From NCBI GenBank assembly GCA_964587625.1, contig CAZPLU010000005.1, positions 10,091 to 74,090 of the forward strand: DNA of 64,000 nucleotides, given 5' to 3'. Both the position numbers and the translations under genes were made by a program. The notes under the pieces were generated by a model. It was not told the DNA's origin and searched no databases. It worked only from the letters and a program-made list of their open reading frames with translations. Positions 57,699-64,000 of this stretch are shown piece after piece. The stretch is from an uncultured Eubacteriales bacterium. GTDB lineage: Bacteria > Bacillota > Clostridia > Oscillospirales > JAKOTC01. Within the stretch, counting starts at the first letter, position 1, and each line of letters starts with the position of its first letter.

Positions 57699-59288
57699 TT
57701 GAAAGTCACATTTTTAGGCGCGAGCCACGAAGTAACCGGCAGCTGCACTTATCTCGAAGCCGCCGGGAAACGGTTTTTGGTGGATTGCGGAATGGAACAG
57801 GGACCGAATGAATTTGAAAACCGGGAGATCCCGATTGCCGACGGTTCGCTCGATTTCATGCTGCTGACCCACGCGCACATCGACCACTCGGGGCTGATCC
57901 CCCTTTTGTATAAAAACGGGTTCCGCGGCAAGATCTACTGCTCCGCCGCGACCGCCGCGCTCTGCCGCATCATGCTGCGCGACAGTGCGCACATTCAGGA
58001 GTTCGAAGCCGAATGGCGCAACCGCAAAGCCAAACGCGCCGACGATAAGATTTTTGAGCCCCTGTACACCATGAACGACGCGGAGGGCGCTTTGACCCTG
58101 TTTGAGCCCTGCGATTACGGACAGGCCGTGAAAATCTGCGGCGGCGTCGAATTTAAATTGACCGATGCGGGTCACCTGCTGGGCTCTTCGAGCATCCGGC
58201 TGGCGCTGACTGAAAACGGCGAAACGCGGAGCATCGTCTTTTCGGGGGATATCGGCAACATCAACCAGCCGCTCGTCAACGACCCGCAGTATCCCGCTTC
58301 CGCCGATTATGTCGTCACTGAGTCCACGTACGGCAACCGCACCCACGAGTCGCCGCCCGACTATGCCGCCGCGCTGGCCGAAATCATCGACCGAACCCTC
58401 TCTCGGGGCGGGAATGTCGTGATCCCGTCGTTTGCGGTCGGCAGAACACAGGAGTTGTTGTATTTTATCCGCCGTATGAAATCCGAGGGACTGACCCGCC
58501 ACCCGGACTTTAAGGCGTTCGTGGACAGCCCTTTGGCGATTGAGGCGACCAATATCTTCAAAAGAACCGATCCGCTCTATTTTGACAAAGAGACCCGCGC
58601 AATGCTTGACAAAGGCATTGACCCGATTCAATTCCAAGGGCTGAAAACCGCCGTCACCAGCGATGAGTCCAAGCAGATCAACTTTGACGCCGAACCCAAG
58701 GTCATCATCTCGGCCAGCGGTATGTGCGAGGCGGGCCGGATTCGGCACCACCTGAAACATAATCTCTGGCGCAGGGAGTGCAGCGTGGTCTTTGTCGGTT
58801 ATCAGGCCGTCGGAACACTCGGGCGAATTTTGCTCGACGGCGAAAATAAAGTGAAACTATTCGGCGAGGAAATCGCCGTCAAGGCCGAGATCATCAACCT
58901 GCCCGGCATCAGCGGACACGCCGACGAAGCCGAGTTGCTGAAATGGGTAAAGCAATTTCATCCCGCGCCGAAAAAGGTCTTTGTCAACCACGGCAACCAT
59001 ACCGCATGCGAGGAGTACAGGGACAAACTGCGCGCCGAGGGTTTTGACGCGGACGCCCCCTACAGCGGCACGACCTATGATATGCTCTCGGGGCGATATG
59101 TCTACCTCGCGCCGCCGGTGGCGTTCGAAAAGAGACAGCCCGCCGCCGTCTCGACGGTATTTGACCGCCTTGTCAGCGCAGGAAAGCGCCTGATCGCCGT
59201 CATCTCTTCGAAAAAGGGCTTATCGAACAAGGAACTGGCCAAATTCGCCGACCAGATCAACGCGTTGGCTGATAAATGGGAACGCTGA
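57699..59288 (+). CDS. MBL-fold beta-CASP family hydrolase (RNA-metabolising metallo-beta-lactamase)
   Basis: LLTHAHIDHSG, beta-CASP region, and C-terminal GISGHAD. TTG start 8 nt after GGAGG. Confidence 0.8.
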   Translation: MKVTFLGASHEVTGSCTYLEAAGKRFLVDCGMEQGPNEFENREIPIADGSLDFMLLTHAHIDHSGLIPLLYKNGFRGKIYCSAATAALCRIMLRDSAHIQEFEAEWRNRKAKRADDKIFEPLYTMNDAEGALTLFEPCDYGQAVKICGGVEFKLTDAGHLLGSSSIRLALTENGETRSIVFSGDIGNINQPLVNDPQYPASADYVVTESTYGNRTHESPPDYAAALAEIIDRTLSRGGNVVIPSFAVGRTQELLYFIRRMKSEGLTRHPDFKAFVDSPLAIEATNIFKRTDPLYFDKETRAMLDKGIDPIQFQGLKTAVTSDESKQINFDAEPKVIISASGMCEAGRIRHHLKHNLWRRECSVVFVGYQAVGTLGRILLDGENKVKLFGEEIAVKAEIINLPGISGHADEAELLKWVKQFHPAPKKVFVNHGNHTACEEYRDKLRAEGFDADAPYSGTTYDMLSGRYVYLAPPVAFEKRQPAAVSTVFDRLVSAGKRLIAVISSKKGLSNKELAKFADQINALADKWER

Positions 59289-59486
59289 ATGATATCGCTT
59301 GCAAAGTGATATTTTATGCCTGCCGAACCATTCAAAAACGCACAACCACAATGGTTTAATGGCGTTTTTGAATTGTTCGTGTGCAGGGAATCGTTTCGCA
59401 AAACGCATTTGTTCAGTGGACATTATTTACGGTTTACAGATATACCGATGCGGTTGAGGAGGTCTCATCAAGGCGGATTTATTGCT

Positions 59487-60764
59487 TTATTTTTGAGCGT
59501 TCTTGAAATGCTTTTTCATGTAAACCAAAAGAAGCACACCTAAAATCGGGAAAATGGCAGCTATCAGCATACCAACTTTGAATCCGACTTGATCGGGGGT
59601 TAGCGACAATGTGTTGCCAAGTGTTGCGGCCCACTCTGTAACAGATATATTATCTACAACAATACCGAGTGTTTGGGGGGCAAAGGAAGCACCGAAGTCC
59701 CCTCCCGCCGCCATCAGCGCATAAGCGGCAACTCCCGCCGCAGGAACTTTTTCTTCCATTAAAATCAATGTTCCCGGCCACAACATGGATGTGCAAATAC
59801 CGACCGTAACGCAGGCAATCAAAGACAAAACGGCGTTGGGTGAGAATGCAACAATTAAATAACATACGATTGCACCCGACATGCTGCATGTCAAAACCTT
59901 AGAGATGTTTTTACCGTATTTCGCATAAGCGGTTCTCGTAAGGGCGAGCAGTAACGCAAAGAGCGACATGCCAAGAACATCGCCCAACACTTTTGGTATA
60001 TGCAACACATTTTCAGTATATACAGATATCCAGTTAGACATCGCATTTTCCGCGCAAGCTCCCAAGAAGATACAAGCCATGCACAAAAGCAAGCTCTTGG
60101 TTCTATGCTTGGACTTGGCGGACTTTGTTTTGCCGTGTCCCATATTCATATCGGGCAGATGGGATTTCATTAACAAAATAGAAGCGACAACAGGCAAGGA
60201 TGCCCACAAGAACGTCAAATACATCCAATATTGGCTGCCCACAAATTGAAGGAACAACGTGCTGATGACAACGACACCAACAAATCCATACCCATAAAGA
60301 GAGTGGAGAACACTCATATCTCTCTCGGGGTTATCAGACGGACATGCCGCAACAGTCGGGCTGAGCAATACCTCCCCAAGTCCCGCCGCTATTGAAAAAA
60401 TAAATGTGCCGACAATAAGTCCTATATATGCATACCGGGGAAACAACATAGGGATCAAAGCATATACACACAAGCCCATTACTGTGACAAGCGGCATGAA
60501 GCGAATGGTTTTATGGATATTAAAATGTTTACTGAAAAAGCTGAAAATCAAGTCGATTCCAAGCTGAGTGCAGAAGTTTACAAGCACGAGCGTTCCAAGG
60601 AGGGTATAAGAAATCCCATATAGCTCTCTAAATGATGCAAACAAAAGCGGCGGCAAGCTGAATACCGACGACATCGCAAGGTATGTAAAATAGCACGTGA
60701 GTTTTGTTCGTCTGTAATTTATCTTTTCCAAAATCATTCCCGCCTTTTCGTCATGCGCTGACAT
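59487..60764 (-). CDS. MFS transporter
   Basis: 12 predicted hydrophobic segments with a central basic loop (GHGKTKSAKSKHRTK). Confidence 0.75.
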   Translation of the reverse strand: MSAHDEKAGMILEKINYRRTKLTCYFTYLAMSSVFSLPPLLFASFRELYGISYTLLGTLVLVNFCTQLGIDLIFSFFSKHFNIHKTIRFMPLVTVMGLCVYALIPMLFPRYAYIGLIVGTFIFSIAAGLGEVLLSPTVAACPSDNPERDMSVLHSLYGYGFVGVVVISTLFLQFVGSQYWMYLTFLWASLPVVASILLMKSHLPDMNMGHGKTKSAKSKHRTKSLLLCMACIFLGACAENAMSNWISVYTENVLHIPKVLGDVLGMSLFALLLALTRTAYAKYGKNISKVLTCSMSGAIVCYLIVAFSPNAVLSLIACVTVGICTSMLWPGTLILMEEKVPAAGVAAYALMAAGGDFGASFAPQTLGIVVDNISVTEWAATLGNTLSLTPDQVGFKVGMLIAAIFPILGVLLLVYMKKHFKNAQK

Positions 60765-60911
60765 CTATACCGGTTTCATGTGGCCCAAGCTGCGCCCGCT
60801 ATGACACAATGATGCTAAACTTGAGATACAGAGCCACCCAATCGGGGCACCTTTCTTACGGAGGGCGCTCCGATGCGCTCTTTTTTTGCCGGAAGCGCCC
60901 CGTTTAACGAC

Positions 60912-62195
60912 TTACTTGCCCTCGATCGAAATTCGTTTCATATAACGCCGCAACGGAAACTCGCCGTCGTGGGGCATACCGCAATATTGATTGGACATCT
61001 TTTCGCCGTCTGTGACGCGAACGATGCCCGTTTTGAAAAACAAGTTCTCTAAGCGCTCCCGATCCGCCGGATTGCAGATCAACGCGACGGTCTGAAGGTG
61101 ATTTTTATACGGCAGCAACGCGGACAGAATCCGATTTTGCGGCAGCGGCTTTACCCAACAATTTCGGAATTGATAGGATGCCGTGAGCGCGCTGCCGGGA
61201 TAGGCAATCACACCGCAATGATCCCCTCTGAAGATCTGTTTTTCAACCAAAGCCGACTCCAGCGCCTCGGTATATAACTCCAACGTCTTTTGAGCTGTCA
61301 AAAACGGATCATCCATTCGCGGGTATTCAGCGGATTTGCGCTGTAAAATTTCAAAAAACCGCGCGGCGAATGTTTTTACCTCGCTATAATCGCCGGTGTC
61401 GAAAAAAATGCCCTGGCACGAACTGCATAACAACTGCTCGGTTTCGCAGATGTTTTCGGCGATACCCTCCAACTCGGCGTCGGACGGGTTGCCCGAGACA
61501 TAGGCAAAACTGATTTTATGCCCCCATTCGATGACGCGGGTGTTCGGCGCGGCCATTTTCCGCACGGCCGAGATCGCGGCGTCTCCGCCCCAGACGACGA
61601 CAGCGTCGGCGGCATCCACCATTTTCCGAATGGCTTCGAAATCCTCTGACGGGACATCGAAAACGTATATATATTGCGAGAGTGAAGGTTCGAGCTTTAT
61701 CAACTCACGCATGATTGCAACGGAAAGACCGTCGTCGCCGCCGGGCAATTTGAGTATATTGATATTGCCGGTCAAAAGCCCCTCGATCACGCTGTAGGCG
61801 GGCAGCGCGTCCAGGTTGCCCGCCGCGATGTGAAACAATGTCCCGAGCGGTTTCCACTCCTGGCACACCTTGCCGCTTTCCGGTGTCGCCGCCTGACCGA
61901 ATGAGCCGTCAAATTCAAATTCAAGGCGCTTTTCGAGAAATTTTTTGGACAACATCCGCGCCGCTTCCGAGAGTTCCCGTTCGGCTTCTTTCTTGGAAAT
62001 TCCGCGTTCAAGCAACAGCGGCAGATACTCCCCGGTTTTGAGTTTATCCGAGAGCATATCGCAGGCGAAAACCACTTTTTCAACATTCAACGGTTCGCCG
62101 GAGAGCGTATTCGGAATGGATAACTGCAGCCGCTGCAGCGCTTCATGGGCTTGGATATCGTCCAAAAGCTGTCCGCCGATCAGGTTCTTATTCAT
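60912..62195 (-). CDS. LuxC-like acyl-CoA (fatty acyl) reductase
   Basis: Size, position immediately downstream of and overlapping the LuxE homologue, and an aldehyde-dehydrogenase-like core (LFHIAAGNLDALP, VVWGGDAAI, LLCSSCQGIFF with a candidate catalytic Cys). Confidence 0.65.
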   Translation of the reverse strand: MNKNLIGGQLLDDIQAHEALQRLQLSIPNTLSGEPLNVEKVVFACDMLSDKLKTGEYLPLLLERGISKKEAERELSEAARMLSKKFLEKRLEFEFDGSFGQAATPESGKVCQEWKPLGTLFHIAAGNLDALPAYSVIEGLLTGNINILKLPGGDDGLSVAIMRELIKLEPSLSQYIYVFDVPSEDFEAIRKMVDAADAVVVWGGDAAISAVRKMAAPNTRVIEWGHKISFAYVSGNPSDAELEGIAENICETEQLLCSSCQGIFFDTGDYSEVKTFAARFFEILQRKSAEYPRMDDPFLTAQKTLELYTEALESALVEKQIFRGDHCGVIAYPGSALTASYQFRNCWVKPLPQNRILSALLPYKNHLQTVALICNPADRERLENLFFKTGIVRVTDGEKMSNQYCGMPHDGEFPLRRYMKRISIEGK

Positions 62196-63294
62196 GGCCC
62201 GCTCCTTTTAACAACTCCGATGCCTCGGCGGTGCAGGTCTTGATTCCGCCGACACCCGCGCGGCCTTTGAGGTCAAAATACGGGGCCGGAATGCCGCACC
62301 CGCATTTTTGGGCGGGGAAAACGACCGCGAGGTCGTCGGTCACAATGCTTACAAGCGGCATGCTGCCGACCAAGGGCGTTATAAAACTCAAAAGCCCGAT
62401 CTGTCCTTCGGGCACGGGTTCGAGCGTGCCGACATCCCGAATGAAAACCCGGCTGTAAATCGGCACATGAAAATGCCCGTTTTTGCACTTGACATAGGGC
62501 AGCGGATGCTCGACCGCGCTGAAAAATTCAAAACAGTTTTCACGCGAAATGCCGAGTGTTTTTTCGGCTGCCCGAAACAGGGTTTCGCTGTCGATCTTTT
62601 CGCCCGAAAATTGTTTCCAGCCGCCGCCGAGCAGCACTTTAGAATGCGGGTTCAACTTTAACGATATACCCTGCTTTTCGAGTTCGCCGACCAAAAACCA
62701 CAAATAGGACGGAAAGCCGACCAGCCGCACGGGAAAGCCGCTTTTCGCATACCGGAGCAGTGCTTTTTTCGTGCCTTCGGGGTTCGGCGCATAACCGCCG
62801 CCGGTATCTTTGAGCGCGTATTCCCTGTGCAGGGCGGGTGCGAACCGCGTCATGCCGGAAGCCGTTTTGATCGCACCCATCTGCGTATGCGCACTCGGCT
62901 CATAGCCCAAAACCAGATAATTCGTCGGTAAAACGGAAATGAGCTTGTGATAGGACAAAAAACGGGTCATCATGGCGATGCCGAGGTGCATGGACTTTGC
63001 GTCAAATCCGACCGCACTCCGTTCGCCTTTTGTGCCCGAAGAAGTCGCATTGACCGACAATTTTTCTTCCGGCATCGAAAAAAGAGGGTTTCTTTTGAAA
63101 TAGAGCGTGGGCAATACGGGGATTTTATGCAGGTCGCGTTCGGTTTTGACATTGTCCGGCGAAAACCCGAGCGATTGCAGGATGCTTGAATAATCGGGAC
63201 AATGTTCCATATGGAACAATAAATTTTCGCGGATCGCCCGTAAAAACAGATCCGCGGTGTTTTGGGTGTCATAGGGATTTTTATGTAAAAACAA
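62188..63294 (-). CDS. LuxE-like acyl-protein synthetase (adenylate-forming)
   Basis: IPVLPTLYFKR...TSSGTKGERSAV, LLGGGWK and GLLSFITPL...IVTDDLAV match blocks I recall from Photobacterium LuxE (IPVFPTSVFK, TSSGTRG, ITGGGWK, GLLSYMD, IVTDDIG). Confidence 0.75.
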   Translation of the reverse strand: MFLHKNPYDTQNTADLFLRAIRENLLFHMEHCPDYSSILQSLGFSPDNVKTERDLHKIPVLPTLYFKRNPLFSMPEEKLSVNATSSGTKGERSAVGFDAKSMHLGIAMMTRFLSYHKLISVLPTNYLVLGYEPSAHTQMGAIKTASGMTRFAPALHREYALKDTGGGYAPNPEGTKKALLRYAKSGFPVRLVGFPSYLWFLVGELEKQGISLKLNPHSKVLLGGGWKQFSGEKIDSETLFRAAEKTLGISRENCFEFFSAVEHPLPYVKCKNGHFHVPIYSRVFIRDVGTLEPVPEGQIGLLSFITPLVGSMPLVSIVTDDLAVVFPAQKCGCGIPAPYFDLKGRAGVGGIKTCTAEASELLKGAGHE

Positions 63295-63369
63295 TCTGCG
63301 CCGCGCGTCCGTGCCGATCCCCCCTTTGTGTTATGGAAGCGGCGGCTTCCTTGCGGGCCGCCGTTTTGT

Positions 63370-64000
63370 CTACACCGTTCGAATGTATTTTTTCAAATTT
63401 TCCAATCCGATGCGGATCGCGGCGAGCGGTTCCTCCATGCCCTCGAATTCGATCGAGACATAGCCGTCGTAGCCGTTGGCTTTTAAAATCTTGAGGCACT
63501 GCACAATCGGCACGACGCCGTGGCCGACGATCGCGCCGCGCAAATAATTTTGGGCGCGGGTCGAAAACCATCCCTCGCCGGGGTCGGGACTGTTTCCGCA
63601 CTTAAAATGAAAATCCTTGACATGGACATGGAACGCGTAGGGCGCGTTGCGTCCGACCGCGAGCTCCGGGGCCTCGTCGGCGCACATAAAGTTGCCGATG
63701 TCGACGAGTTGTCCGAAATTGTCGTCGGCGACCGCGTGGATCAATTTTTCGACCCGGACGCTCTCTTGAACGAGCTGGCCGTGGTTTTCGACCATGGTCT
63801 TGATGCCCTTGGAGGCGGCGTAACGGGTGACTTTGCGGCAGCCGTCGGCGATCTTTAAAACCTCGGTGTCGAAGCCGCGAAAACCGCGCGCGCCGTCTTT
63901 AAAACCGAAAGTCGCGTCGTGTCGCATGGTTTTGACGCCTAAAATCGCCGCGAGATCGACCTGTTCAAACAGCCGCTCGGCCTCTTGATCAATGCTGTCG
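63370..64000 (-). CDS. Sugar phosphate isomerase/epimerase (xylose-isomerase-like TIM barrel), 5' end beyond window
   Basis: GYDGYVSIEFEGMEEP and HVHVKDF motifs. The frame stays open upstream of the listed Met to position 64000. Confidence 0.7.
   Translation of the reverse strand, partial: DSIDQEAERLFEQVDLAAILGVKTMRHDATFGFKDGARGFRGFDTEVLKIADGCRKVTRYAASKGIKTMVENHGQLVQESVRVEKLIHAVADDNFGQLVDIGNFMCADEAPELAVGRNAPYAFHVHVKDFHFKCGNSPDPGEGWFSTRAQNYLRGAIVGHGVVPIVQCLKILKANGYDGYVSIEFEGMEEPLAAIRIGLENLKKYIRTV

Noticed and set aside
57714-58760. 348-aa minus-strand ORF opposite the beta-CASP MBL gene, and likewise 48338..49216 opposite cysN and 28391..29287 in an alternative frame of argH
   Set aside because: All three are Arg/Gly/Ala-rich shadow frames overlapping genes that carry unambiguous catalytic motifs.
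60863-60888. Hairpin GGGCGC-TCCGAT-GCGCTC followed by T7 on the plus strand, between luxC and the MFS gene
   Set aside because: It looks like a plus-strand terminator, but both flanking genes are on the minus strand, where it is not followed by a U-run. Its role is unclear, so it is not called as a feature.

Overview
This is a 64 kb, gene-dense chromosomal segment. By eye it is moderately GC-rich, and it looks like a Gram-positive anaerobe (Clostridia, Oscillospiraceae/Ruminococcaceae-like). That guess rests on IreB/UPF0297, a THF riboswitch with a FolT module, lipobox signal peptides and GGAGG-type ribosome-binding sites. I saw no rRNA, tRNA, CRISPR array, transposase, integrase or prophage gene.

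Most of the window is ordinary metabolism, transport and envelope function:
- **Metabolism:** rpmB 3' end, two FadD-like acyl-CoA ligases, HAD and PHP phosphatases, AsnC regulator plus aminotransferase, gpmA, argH, gdhA, tadA.
- **Transport:** AI-2E transporter, azlCD, GPH symporter, bioY, an MFS transporter.
- **Envelope and glycan:** VanY-type carboxypeptidase, a GHL10-like lipoprotein, a 1134-aa amidase, GH38 mannosidase, mltG.
- **Regulation and other:** ECF sigma/anti-sigma pair, YesMN-type two-component system with two sugar ABC permeases, a beta-CASP MBL nuclease.

The items most worth a second look are:
1. A translationally coupled four-gene operon: mscL, an M23 lipoprotein endopeptidase, and two paralogous MutS-like ABC ATPases. 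The ATPases lack mismatch-binding and nuclease domains, and both carry Asn in place of the Walker B Asp.
2. An orphan 69-aa protein with 11 Cys and three (T/S)PI(F/Y)xxxxC repeats, convergent on that operon.
3. A PAPS-synthesis cassette (cysC-cysD-cysN, where CysN carries a degenerate APS-kinase-like domain) divergent from a cytoplasmic sulfotransferase that overlaps mltG by ATGA.
4. A roughly 400-nt promoter-to-terminator noncoding unit with three GGAAAGG...AUG modules. I could not assign it to a class.
5. A FolC-FolT fusion gene behind a clear THF riboswitch.
6. A luxE-luxC pair with no luciferase gene.
7. A small C/U-rich sRNA candidate downstream of tadA.

All functional calls come from motif recognition in the supplied translations. 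No database search was run.
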